A stretch of DNA of 64,000 nucleotides from NCBI GenBank assembly GCA_965279375.1, contig OZ257156.1:1824001-1888000 (forward strand). The letters are read 5' to 3'. A model generated the notes under the pieces. That model was not told where the DNA came from and searched no databases. It worked only from the letters and a program-made list of their open reading frames with translations. The position numbers and the translations under genes are program-made. Source of the stretch: Gemmatimonas sp. (GTDB lineage Bacteria > Gemmatimonadota > Gemmatimonadetes > Gemmatimonadales > Gemmatimonadaceae). Shown here piece by piece: positions 46,855-55,281 of the stretch. The number at the start of each line of letters is the position of its first letter. The first letter of the stretch is position 1.

Positions 46855-47676
46855 TCAGCGCACCGTCATGGCAGGTGCACCGACGCGCGTGGCACGCGAG
46901 AAGGTGTCGAGCGTGGAAGCGTAGCCAGGGGTCCAGTCGATGATGACATGCGACACGAGCGCGACCGAGCCCGCGAACGTCAGCAGCCCCACACCGATCT
47001 GAATCGGAAAAGCGAGGCTCATGATCTGCAGCTGCGGTGCGGCGCGCCCGAGAATCGCGAGCGCCATGTTGGTCACGAAGACCGCCGCGATCACCGGTGC
47101 CGAGAACTGCAGTCCGGTGGCAAAGATCACTTGGGCTGTCGGCACGAAAGCGCCGAGCCCCGCGCCCAGACTGATTGGCGCGCCGATCGGCATCGCCTGA
47201 AAGCTGCTGCCCAAAGCGCGAATCATCACCAGGTGTCCGCCGCTGATCACCAGCAGCACCAGCGACAGCAACTGCATGAACGACGAGAGCAGTGGACTCT
47301 GCGTGTTGTTGGCAGGGTCGAGAATTGCCGCGCCGGACAACCCGCTCGATGTCGTGATCAGCTCACCCGCGAACTCGGCGCCGGCAATGATCGTCGCGGC
47401 GGCGAGACCAAACACCACGCCGATAGCCGATTCCGTGAGGAACGCAGCCGGCGTGATCTGAAGGGTTGCGAGGTTCGCGCTCGCACTGGCGGCGGGGAAC
47501 AACAACACCGCGAAGATCACCAGCAGCGCCGTGCGCAGCTTCATCGGCACCGACTTGGCGGACCACACCGGCGCCACCATCAGCAGTCCGCCCACGCGCA
47601 GCGCGCACAACACGAATGCTGCGGCCGCACCCGGTGCGAAGAGGTCGGGGAAGCCGGTCGCGACGAGACCGTTCAC
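46855..47676 (-). CDS. fliR: Flagellar export gate FliR
   Basis: Multi-TM; RVGG..APV, AGELI, GGH and RAAPQLQI..LAFPIQI. Confidence 0.92.
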   Translation of the reverse strand: MNGLVATGFPDLFAPGAAAAFVLCALRVGGLLMVAPVWSAKSVPMKLRTALLVIFAVLLFPAASASANLATLQITPAAFLTESAIGVVFGLAAATIIAGAEFAGELITTSSGLSGAAILDPANNTQSPLLSSFMQLLSLVLLVISGGHLVMIRALGSSFQAMPIGAPISLGAGLGAFVPTAQVIFATGLQFSAPVIAAVFVTNMALAILGRAAPQLQIMSLAFPIQIGVGLLTFAGSVALVSHVIIDWTPGYASTLDTFSRATRVGAPAMTVR

Positions 47677-47942
47677 GCCACCACCGACGGAATGCTCAGG
47701 AACAGCTCGCGCGTGTACTGCGTCAGCACGTGGATGATCCACGGAAGTCCAACGATGAACGCGCCGCCGACCAGCACCAGCTTGGGCACGAACGCCAGCG
47801 TCTGTTCCTGGATCTGCGTGACCGACTGGATGACGCTGACCAACAGACCGATGCCGAGCGCGATCACCAGCATGGGCGCGGCGATGGTCAGCGCGGTCAT
47901 GATGGCGTTCCGGGTCAGGTCGATCACCAACTGGTCGTTCAT
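47673..47942 (-). CDS. fliQ: Flagellar export gate FliQ
   Basis: GLLVSVIQSVTQIQEQTLAFVPK. Confidence 0.95.
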   Translation of the reverse strand: MNDQLVIDLTRNAIMTALTIAAPMLVIALGIGLLVSVIQSVTQIQEQTLAFVPKLVLVGGAFIVGLPWIIHVLTQYTRELFLSIPSVVA

Positions 47943-48015
47943 CTGGTCCGTGGCTGTCGAGGAAGTCGAATCGAGGTAGTCGGGGAATCCCGCCACCTGC
48001 ACGGCCTCCTACAAA

Positions 48016-48030
48016 GCAGGGTCCGTACCA
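48016..48030 (-). promoter_or_regulatory. sigma54 -24/-12 promoter for the fliQ-fliA operon (TGGTACG-GACC-CTGC)
   Basis: Exact GG/GC spacing; IHF-like core at 48069-48081 and palindromes at 48126 and 48150 upstream. Confidence 0.72.
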
Positions 48031-48124
48031 CGACGCCCAGGGTCGGACCTATCAGCTAAAGTGTTTCATGGCAATGAGTTAGTATTGTGTGTCCAGTCGG
48101 AATTCCTGACCTCCGCCGTGTCGA

Positions 48125-48164
48125 TCGGCACAAACTGCCGAGTGGGTCGCGGGAGCTTTTGCCG
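48125..48164. promoter_or_regulatory. Two enhancer-like palindromes (TCGGCA-CAAAC-TGCCGA; CGGGA-GCTTT-TGCCG)
   Basis: CGGCA-N5-TGCCG motif ~95 and ~120 bp upstream of the fliQ sigma54 element. Confidence 0.65.
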
Positions 48165-48198
48165 GGGCCGACTTCCGGCTCCGCGGGTAGCATTCGGC

Positions 48199-48846
48199 AT
48201 GCTCTCCGCACTCCTCGCGCGACTCGGCCTGCGGCGCCCCGATCCTGCCGCCCCCGCCGCCATGTCCGCTTCGTCGTCCGGCCTCGAGGCCGAGCAGTTC
48301 ACCATTCGTGGCATCCCGGTGGCGGTGCTCAACGGCCGCCCCGACATCAAAACGGTCGAGGTGCTCGAGCGCCTGGACGAGGCGCTGGGGTTGATCGAGG
48401 TGCATCAACCGTGGCGGATGCGTCATCTGCGGCGTGACATCCGGTTCATCCGGGTCGAGCGCTATGCCTGCCGCGGAGCCTTCATTCCGTCGGAGCGAGT
48501 GGTCATGACGGAACTCACGTTCCTCGCGCGACGGGACATCACCGCGGCACCGGTCGCGTCGTCGATTCTGCACGAAGGCGTGCATGCGCGGGTGCATGCG
48601 TTGCGGGAGCGACTGGCACGACTGACCGGGAGTTGGTCACCGGAGCGCGATGCGGCGCGCGAGGAGCGAGTCTGCCGTCGCGCGGAGTTGGCCTTTGGCG
48701 AATCGCTTCCGCCAGAGCTAGGCGCGCCCGTGATCGAACGGGCGCTGGCCAGTTTGCAGCTCGATGACATTGGGGTGGCGCCGCAGGTGGATTGGCGCGA
48801 AGCACAAGCGCGGATCGATGCGGCCGACCGGGCCGCAGGTGCCTGA
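48199..48846 (+). CDS. Hypothetical protein with HEXXH zinc-metallopeptidase motif
   Basis: SSILHEGVHARV followed by REERVC..AE; antisense to the flagellar genes. Start uncertain (48199 or 48262). Confidence 0.6.
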   Translation: MLSALLARLGLRRPDPAAPAAMSASSSGLEAEQFTIRGIPVAVLNGRPDIKTVEVLERLDEALGLIEVHQPWRMRHLRRDIRFIRVERYACRGAFIPSERVVMTELTFLARRDITAAPVASSILHEGVHARVHALRERLARLTGSWSPERDAAREERVCRRAELAFGESLPPELGAPVIERALASLQLDDIGVAPQVDWREAQARIDAADRAAGA

Positions 48847-48860
48847 CTAGCAGGCCGCCA

Positions 48861-50588
48861 CTAGGCGAAGCTCTTGATCAGCGATTCGATCGTGAGCGTC
48901 CAGCCGTTCACCAGCACGAAGAGCAGCAGCTTGAAGGGCAGGGAGATCATCGCCGGTGGTAGCATCATCATGCCCATGCTCATGAGCACCGAGGCGACGA
49001 CCGCGTCGATGATGATGAACGGCAGATAGATCATGAAGCCGATCTCGAACGACGTGCGCAGCTCGCTGGCCACGAACGCAGACATCAGCACATGCAACGG
49101 AACGTCGTCGACAGTGTTGGGGCGCGGCACGCGGCTCAACTCGACGAACGTCTTGAGATCTTCCTGCTTCATCTGGCGCAGCATGAACGCGCGCATCGGC
49201 TTCACGCCGATCTTCATCATCTGCACCTGATCGATCTGGCCATCCATCCACGGAGTGATCGCCGTGCGATTCACTTCGGAGAGCGTGGGCGCCATCACGA
49301 AGCCGGTGAGCAGCAACGCGAGTCCCGCGAGAAGCTGCGCCGGCGGCGCGCCTTGCGTTCCCATTGCCTGCTTCAGGAAATGCAGCACGATGAGAATGCG
49401 CGTGAAGCCGGTCATCATGAGCAACAGCGTCGGCAGGAGCGTGAGCAGCCCCATCATCACCACGATGCCGACCGTGCCGTTTAACCGGAGACCGCCGTCC
49501 TTCGCATCGCCGATGCGCATGTCCATCTGCGGCATCAACTTCATGATCGCATCGTTGGCCGCGACAGGCGCCATCGACGCCGGCTCGGCGCGTTTGCGCG
49601 ACGAGTCCGCGCGCGCGCTGTCGACCTTCATGTCGGTCATTGGGCGCGACGCCTTCGTGCCGCCAGGCTCGACCGACGCGCCGTTGCCTCTACGTGCTGG
49701 AGTCTGTGCTGCCGTCGCGGCGTTGGTCGTGGCTGGCGTTGCGCCCGTGGTCGATGCGGCGGTTGCCGCACGTGCCGGCGTGACGCGACCCGCCGCCTCG
49801 GGCGGGAGCTGTAGCTGCGGGACGTTGGGCTGCGTGACGGGCGAAAGCGTTGCGGCGTTAGGTGCCGCCGTGGCTGCACCGGCCGGCGTCTGGGTGGGCG
49901 CTGGCGGCGGCGTTTGGACGCGCGGCTGCACGGTTGGCGGCGCACCCGTTGTCACCGGTGCGGCCTGCGCGCCCAGAGACTGTGCAAGGGGTGCGGTTGC
50001 AGAGCCGGCTAACGCCATCGCACCGATGAACAACGCGAGACGCGTGGCGCCGCTCAACGAGACGTTGAGCATCGCGCGGAAATCCCGATCGGGAGACGGC
50101 GCTGGCGCCGACGCCCGCGAATACGCGAACGACGGCGTGGCCTGCTCCGCTGGTGCAAAGCCTGCTGGTGCGGAAAGCACTGGTGCGACAGCAACCGGCG
50201 CGGCCGCCGCTGGGGTCAGTCCCAGGCGGGACGCCAACGACGGTGGCAGCAGCTTGCCGAACGCCGCAGACGCGTCGGCGCTCGACTGCATGGGCGTCGG
50301 AACGTTGCTCGAGGCGAGAACCAGCTGACGATCCGCTTCACTCAGCTCGAAGAGCGTACGCACGCCACCATCTCCGACCGATACCGCCATCACCTTGTCG
50401 CCCACGCGAACGACCGCGATGCCGACCTTGGGGCTCAGCGCGATGCGTTGTACGACCTCCACGGGCACACGCGACTTGGGGACCAGCATGCCGTTCCCCC
50501 AGCGCTTGAGCGCCCACACGCAGAGGGCGCCAAGTGCCAGCACAAACGAGAGTGCGGCAACGACGCTGAGGGCGGCTTGCAGCATCAT
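48861..50588 (-). CDS. fliP: FliO-FliP fusion protein
   Basis: N-terminal FliO (TM + VEVVQRIALSPKVGIAVVRVGDKVMAVSV), ~250-aa Ala/Pro/Thr linker, then FliP core (MMTGFTRILIV, SELRTSFEIGF and MMMLPPAMISLPFKLLLFVLVNGW). Confidence 0.88.
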   Translation of the reverse strand: MMLQAALSVVAALSFVLALGALCVWALKRWGNGMLVPKSRVPVEVVQRIALSPKVGIAVVRVGDKVMAVSVGDGGVRTLFELSEADRQLVLASSNVPTPMQSSADASAAFGKLLPPSLASRLGLTPAAAAPVAVAPVLSAPAGFAPAEQATPSFAYSRASAPAPSPDRDFRAMLNVSLSGATRLALFIGAMALAGSATAPLAQSLGAQAAPVTTGAPPTVQPRVQTPPPAPTQTPAGAATAAPNAATLSPVTQPNVPQLQLPPEAAGRVTPARAATAASTTGATPATTNAATAAQTPARRGNGASVEPGGTKASRPMTDMKVDSARADSSRKRAEPASMAPVAANDAIMKLMPQMDMRIGDAKDGGLRLNGTVGIVVMMGLLTLLPTLLLMMTGFTRILIVLHFLKQAMGTQGAPPAQLLAGLALLLTGFVMAPTLSEVNRTAITPWMDGQIDQVQMMKIGVKPMRAFMLRQMKQEDLKTFVELSRVPRPNTVDDVPLHVLMSAFVASELRTSFEIGFMIYLPFIIIDAVVASVLMSMGMMMLPPAMISLPFKLLLFVLVNGWTLTIESLIKSFA

Positions 50589-51016
50589 CAGGCGGCGTGG
50601 GCGGCAGCCGCGCCGCCGGAGCGCGCGAGAATGCGCGTGATGCGCACGCCAAAGTGTTCGCCGAGCACCACGACTTCGCCTTCGGCGAAACGACGGTCGC
50701 CGACGTAGATGTCGATCGGTTCGCCGGCCAGCCGCTCGAGTTGAATCACCGAACCACGACCGAGGCGAAGCAACTCCTGCACGGTCATGCTGGTGCGACC
50801 GAGTTCGATGGAGACTGGCAGCGTGAGGTCGAGCAGCACACCGATCGGTACTTCGGTGGTGCCCATCATCGTCTGCTCAAAATCCGTCAGCTGCGGCGCC
50901 TGCGGCTCGTAGTCCGCCGGATTGGGTTCTTCGTCGGCCAGCGAGGAGATGGGCAGCCCCGCCGCTTTCGCAGCGTTCGCACTGGCCACCAGCGCGGCAA
51001 TTTCGTCTGGGTTCAT
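50588..51016 (-). CDS. fliN: Flagellar switch protein FliN
   Basis: LDLTLPVSIELGRT..GSVIQLERLAGEP..GEVVV..FGVRIT. Confidence 0.95.
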   Translation of the reverse strand: MNPDEIAALVASANAAKAAGLPISSLADEEPNPADYEPQAPQLTDFEQTMMGTTEVPIGVLLDLTLPVSIELGRTSMTVQELLRLGRGSVIQLERLAGEPIDIYVGDRRFAEGEVVVLGEHFGVRITRILARSGGAAAAHAA

Positions 51017-52020
51017 GATTTCTTCATCCGGGCTTCGGGAGCTGACGGTGCGGCCTGCACCGAGTCGAGAATGCGCACTGCGAGATTGCCGTTCACTCGG
51101 CCGGGGTGACCGATGAAGCGTTCCTGATCACTGACGCGCACGATGATGCGCGAGTCCTTCGGGATGCCGGTGGGTATCACCGAGCCGACATCCATGCGAG
51201 CGATGTCGCGCATCGAGAGCTGGAACTCCGGGAGACGCGCGGTGAGCGGCACCTTGGTCGCGCGCAATGCGGCTTCGCTGCGCTGACGGGTGACTTCGCG
51301 TTCGGCCTCGTTGGTGTGCAGCTGTCCGGTGCGCTGCTGTCCGTTGGACGTGAAGAACTTGTCCAGCACGGAGAAAGGCAGGCAGATGAGCAGCAGGCTC
51401 GTTGCGTTACCGGCCGTGACTTCGACGTTGGCGACGAGTACGGGATCTTCGCGGTTGACCACCTGCAGAATTTCCGGCGACGACTCGAATGCCGTGATGT
51501 TGATCTCCATCGGCACATAGTCCTGCCAGATGTCCTGCAGCAGCGAGGCGACGCGGTCGGCGATGGAGCGCACCGCCATGCGTTCGATCGGCGTGAGCGC
51601 GCGATAGAGCACGCTGCCGGAACCTTCGCCGCCAAACAGGCGATCGATGACGTAGTAGGAGAACTCAGGCCCCACATCGAGCACGCCCTTCTGTCCGGTG
51701 CCGGCGATGTCGAAGACAAAGCTGGAGCACGGCGTGGGCAGCGAGAGGGTGAATTCGCCGAAGGAGAACTGTTCGACGGACTGCAGCCGAATCTCGATCT
51801 GACCGCGAACGCGGGAGATGAGCCAGGCTTCGAGATTCTTGACGAGACGCTCGTACATGGCCTCGAGCGTCCGCAGGCGTTCCTTGGATACGCGATGCGG
51901 GCGACGCCAATCGTAGACTTGCAGTTCGACACCAGCGGCCGGGCCGCGCGTCGTCGTCGGACGCGCCCCACCGCCGAGCAACCGGTCGATGTCGTTCTGG
52001 CTGAGCGTTTCAGAGCTCAT
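51013..52020 (-). CDS. fliM: Flagellar switch protein FliM
   Basis: LSQNDIDRLL CheY-binding peptide, YDWRRP, LFGGEG and LTPIE; C-terminal SpoA domain. Confidence 0.95.
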   Translation of the reverse strand: MSSETLSQNDIDRLLGGGARPTTTRGPAAGVELQVYDWRRPHRVSKERLRTLEAMYERLVKNLEAWLISRVRGQIEIRLQSVEQFSFGEFTLSLPTPCSSFVFDIAGTGQKGVLDVGPEFSYYVIDRLFGGEGSGSVLYRALTPIERMAVRSIADRVASLLQDIWQDYVPMEINITAFESSPEILQVVNREDPVLVANVEVTAGNATSLLLICLPFSVLDKFFTSNGQQRTGQLHTNEAEREVTRQRSEAALRATKVPLTARLPEFQLSMRDIARMDVGSVIPTGIPKDSRIIVRVSDQERFIGHPGRVNGNLAVRILDSVQAAPSAPEARMKKS

Positions 52021-52026
52021 GGACGC

Positions 52027-52626
52027 TTACTGGACCACGAACTGGGGGAAGTACAGGCTCTTCACCGCACCCTTCCCGAAGCGCTTGATGATTGCGGCCT
52101 GCACTTCCGTCTTGATCTTTTCGCGCGCGGCCATGTCCACCAGCTCCTCGACCGTCTTGCTGCCGAGCGAGGTGAGGATGATGTCGCGCAGTTCGGCGTC
52201 GCGTGTCTTGAACTCTTCGCCGGCCTTGGCGTTGCCACCTTCGATGGCGACCGTGAGCAGGAGGAAGCGACTGCCGCCGCTCCCGGCCGGATTGAGCACG
52301 AGATTTTCGAGGACGTGCATCGCTTCCGCGGCGCCGGCCTCGCCTTCCTTGGGCGCTTCGCCTTCCTTGGGAGCGGCTTCGCCTTCGGCGGGGGCGTGCT
52401 CGCCCTCAGCGGGGGCCGCTTCGCCCTCGGCGTGGGCGGCGGGGGCTTTCACCACCTTGCCCATTTTCTTGGCGACCATGGGGCCGACGAACACGGCGCC
52501 CGAGCCACCTCCAACCGCGAGTCCGACGAGCAGGACGGCGATGAGGGGCATCTTGGCCTTCATGCCCGTTGGGGCTGGTGCATCCGCAGCAGCGGCGTCC
52601 GGCGCTTTTTCTTGTTTGGCAGACAT
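52027..52626 (-). CDS. fliL: Flagellar basal body-associated protein FliL
   Basis: Single TM, (A/K)EGE(A/H)AP repeats, LVLNP..RFL, RDIIL and LYFPQFVVQ terminus. Confidence 0.9.
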   Translation of the reverse strand: MSAKQEKAPDAAAADAPAPTGMKAKMPLIAVLLVGLAVGGGSGAVFVGPMVAKKMGKVVKAPAAHAEGEAAPAEGEHAPAEGEAAPKEGEAPKEGEAGAAEAMHVLENLVLNPAGSGGSRFLLLTVAIEGGNAKAGEEFKTRDAELRDIILTSLGSKTVEELVDMAAREKIKTEVQAAIIKRFGKGAVKSLYFPQFVVQ

Positions 52627-52668
52627 GATGGAGAGCGGGCGAGAGTTGGGTCAGCGCTACTCGTAAAA

Positions 52669-52683
52669 GCAGAGATCGGGCCA
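52669..52683 (-). promoter_or_regulatory. sigma54 -24/-12 promoter for the fliL operon (TGGCCCG-ATCT-CTGC)
   Basis: Exact GG/GC spacing, ~45 bp above the fliL start. Confidence 0.75.
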
Positions 52684-52731
52684 AACGCCAAGACCGTCAT
52701 GCGTCCGCCATTCCATCAGACGGAAACATCT

Positions 52732-52744
52732 TAAGTCATTGATT
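52732..52744 (-). promoter_or_regulatory. IHF binding site (AATCAATGACTTA)
   Basis: Perfect WATCAANNNNTTR in an AT-rich island between the sigma54 element and the enhancer-like site. Confidence 0.75.
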
Positions 52745-52833
52745 TAATTGATTTTATGTTTCAACTATTGGTTTCCGCTTTTCGGAACGCTGGAATGGCA
52801 GAGCGCCCTCCCATCCGGCAGATCGCACCGCGT

Positions 52834-52848
52834 CGGCACTTTTTGCCG
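52834..52848. promoter_or_regulatory. Enhancer-like palindrome CGGCA-CTTTT-TGCCG for the fliL promoter
   Basis: Perfect CGGCA-N5-TGCCG; weaker copy at 52816-52830. Confidence 0.65.
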
Positions 52849-52926
52849 TTCCGCAGCTGGACGCGGAACTGCCGCACACGCCGGGATCGACGTGTGCGGC
52901 AGCGCTGCTTACCTACCCGATCAGGC

Positions 52927-54444
52927 TTAGCGCTTGATCGTCATCAGCTCCTGCAGCATTTCGTCCGAGGTCGAGACGACCTTGCCGTTCGCCTGGAAGG
53001 CGCGCTGGGCGACGATCATGTTGGTGAATTCCTGCGCCAGGTCGACGTTGGACATTTCGAGGGCGCCGGAGGTCAGCTGCGACTGCGAGCCTTCGAGCGC
53101 GAATCCGAGCACGCCGCCGCCGGAGTTGGCGGACTCCTGGTACATGTTGTCGCCGATGCGGAGCAGGCCGCTCGGGTTGTTGAAGTCCGCCAGCACGATC
53201 TTGGCGAGCGGCGACGTCGTGCCGTTCGTGAAGAAGCCGGTGATCAGGCCGAAGCGGTCGATCGAGAAGTTCTGGAGCGAGCCGGAGGTGTAGCCGTTCT
53301 GGTCGCGGAGTACGGCGGTGGACGACGTGGAGGCGAACTGCGTCAGGCCGTTGACACCGCCGTTCAGCTTGAGGTTGATCTGCACCAGATTGGCACCCGG
53401 CACCGCGAAGTCGATCGCGGCCGTGATGTTCGTGTTCATGATGCCGGCCTGGTCGAACGTCAGTGTGCCGCCGTTGGTGCTGGCCGCTGGCGCCGTCGGG
53501 CTCATGAAGTAGCCGATCTTGATGGCCGAGTTGGACGGCATGTTGTTCGTGAACACCACCGAATTCGTGGCCGCGTTGAACGACCAATCGGCAGGCGACG
53601 AATAGGCAGTGCCGCTGGTGCTGGTGACGACGACGTCGGCGGGCAGAATCTGATAGCCAGTCGGAGGCGTCGGCAGCACGATCGACGACGGCGGGCTCGC
53701 CGCGTCGGTCTGGAAGTCTTGCACGAGCGCGGACGCGATCGGGTCGATCCGCCAATCCCACGTGTTAGGGCCCGTCTTCCACATCTGTACCTTGATGTCG
53801 TGCTTGGAGCCCTGCGAGTCGAAGATCGCGATCTGCGATTCCGACCACGCGTTCTGGTTGATGGGCAGCGCGCGATCGAGCGGGTTGGTGAAGGTACCTT
53901 GGAAGATCGGGGCGGACGCGTTCAGGTTGCCGGCCCACGTCGTTTCCGTCGTCGGCTTGGCCGACACCTTCTGACCGAACGGCAACTGAATGTCGCGGAT
54001 GCCGTCCTGCAGAATGCCGTTGTCGTACGTGCGTCCCTGCACCACGAAGCCGTTCGTCGGCGACACCATGTTGCCGAGTGCGTCTACCTGGAAGTTGCCC
54101 GAGCGCGTGTAGAAGGACTGGTTGCCCTTTCGCACGACGAAGAAGGAGTCGCCCTGGATCGCGACGTCGGTGTTGGAGCCCGTCGTTTCGAGGTTACCCT
54201 GGTTGAAGATCTGGTCGATGGAACCGATCTGCATGCCGAGGCCGATCTGAATCGGGTTGATACCACCCTGGTCTCCAGGCGGACGGCTCGCACCCTGCAG
54301 CAACTGGGCAAAGCCTTCCTTGAAGGTGACACGTCCAGCCTTGAAGGCGACGGTGTTCACATTGGAGATGTTGTTACCGATGACGTCCATGCGCACCTGA
54401 TTGTTGCGCAAGCCCGAAACGCCGGCATAGAGAGAGCGAAGCAT
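52927..54444 (-). CDS. flgE: Flagellar hook protein FlgE
   Basis: MLRSLYAGVSGL..VIGNNISNVNT, YTRSGNF and GALEMSNVDLAQEFTNMIVAQRAFQAN. Confidence 0.95.
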   Translation of the reverse strand: MLRSLYAGVSGLRNNQVRMDVIGNNISNVNTVAFKAGRVTFKEGFAQLLQGASRPPGDQGGINPIQIGLGMQIGSIDQIFNQGNLETTGSNTDVAIQGDSFFVVRKGNQSFYTRSGNFQVDALGNMVSPTNGFVVQGRTYDNGILQDGIRDIQLPFGQKVSAKPTTETTWAGNLNASAPIFQGTFTNPLDRALPINQNAWSESQIAIFDSQGSKHDIKVQMWKTGPNTWDWRIDPIASALVQDFQTDAASPPSSIVLPTPPTGYQILPADVVVTSTSGTAYSSPADWSFNAATNSVVFTNNMPSNSAIKIGYFMSPTAPAASTNGGTLTFDQAGIMNTNITAAIDFAVPGANLVQINLKLNGGVNGLTQFASTSSTAVLRDQNGYTSGSLQNFSIDRFGLITGFFTNGTTSPLAKIVLADFNNPSGLLRIGDNMYQESANSGGGVLGFALEGSQSQLTSGALEMSNVDLAQEFTNMIVAQRAFQANGKVVSTSDEMLQELMTIKR

Positions 54445-54474
54445 GTCGTGTGTTCTCTGAGAGGGTGGGCGCGG

Positions 54475-55281
54475 TCAGGCGCGGATCTGGATCAGTTGCG
54501 ACATCGGGATCGAGAGTGAATCGCCGATGATGAGCGTCGGAACGCCCTGGACGTAGCGCATGCCGGTGATACGTCCGGTGGTGTAGGTCTTCACCGCCTG
54601 TGCGGCGCCGTTGAGCGGCTTCACGGCGACGGTGTAGCTGTTCTTGCCCGGCGTGATCGGCGGCGTGAAGCTGAGGTCTTCAATGGCAAACGACTGCAGC
54701 CCAGCCGTCACCGGATTCAGCGTCGCCGTGCTCACGACGCCGCCTGCGCTGGTGACCGTGATTGTGCCAACGCCGCTGACGCTGCCGGTATCGATCACGG
54801 CGGTTCCCGCTCCGCCCTTCTCGATAAAGAGGTCGTTTCCCGGTGCCACAGCCGACTTGCCGACGGTGGCCATCGCGGTCTGCCCTTCGATTAGGGCCTG
54901 CAGATTTTCTGCTTGCGTCTTCTGATCTTCACCGAGTGCGGTGATCGCGTCGGAGAGCGCCTGCTGCACCTTCGCCTGATCATCGTACTTGCTGTTGAGA
55001 TTCTGGAGCTGCTCGACCGACGAGAACGTCGCGAGCTGCGCGGCCATGTCCTTGCCGTCCATCGGATTGAGTGGATCCTGATTCTTCAGCTGCGATACGA
55101 GCAGCTTGAGAAAGTCGTCCTTGCCGAGCGAGGACTTGGTGATGGGATTCGACTTGGGCGCTGTCGGTTCGGCGGGGCCGACGGGCGGCGTCGTCGCTGG
55201 CGGCGTGGTCGTCGTGGGTGTGGTTGTCGTCGCAGCGTACTGCGCGGCAAAGCCCGTGGCGTTCTTGGTCGCGGTGATCAT
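54475..55281 (-). CDS. flgD: Hook capping protein FlgD
   Basis: [36 protein letters not shown]. Confidence 0.93.
   Translation of the reverse strand: MITATKNATGFAAQYAATTTTPTTTTPPATTPPVGPAEPTAPKSNPITKSSLGKDDFLKLLVSQLKNQDPLNPMDGKDMAAQLATFSSVEQLQNLNSKYDDQAKVQQALSDAITALGEDQKTQAENLQALIEGQTAMATVGKSAVAPGNDLFIEKGGAGTAVIDTGSVSGVGTITVTSAGGVVSTATLNPVTAGLQSFAIEDLSFTPPITPGKNSYTVAVKPLNGAAQAVKTYTTGRITGMRYVQGVPTLIIGDSLSIPMSQLIQIRA

Noticed and set aside
53480..53730. Apparent extra Ser/Thr/Pro-rich segment in FlgE
   Set aside because: Variable outer-domain insertions are common in FlgE; no independent motif was seen.
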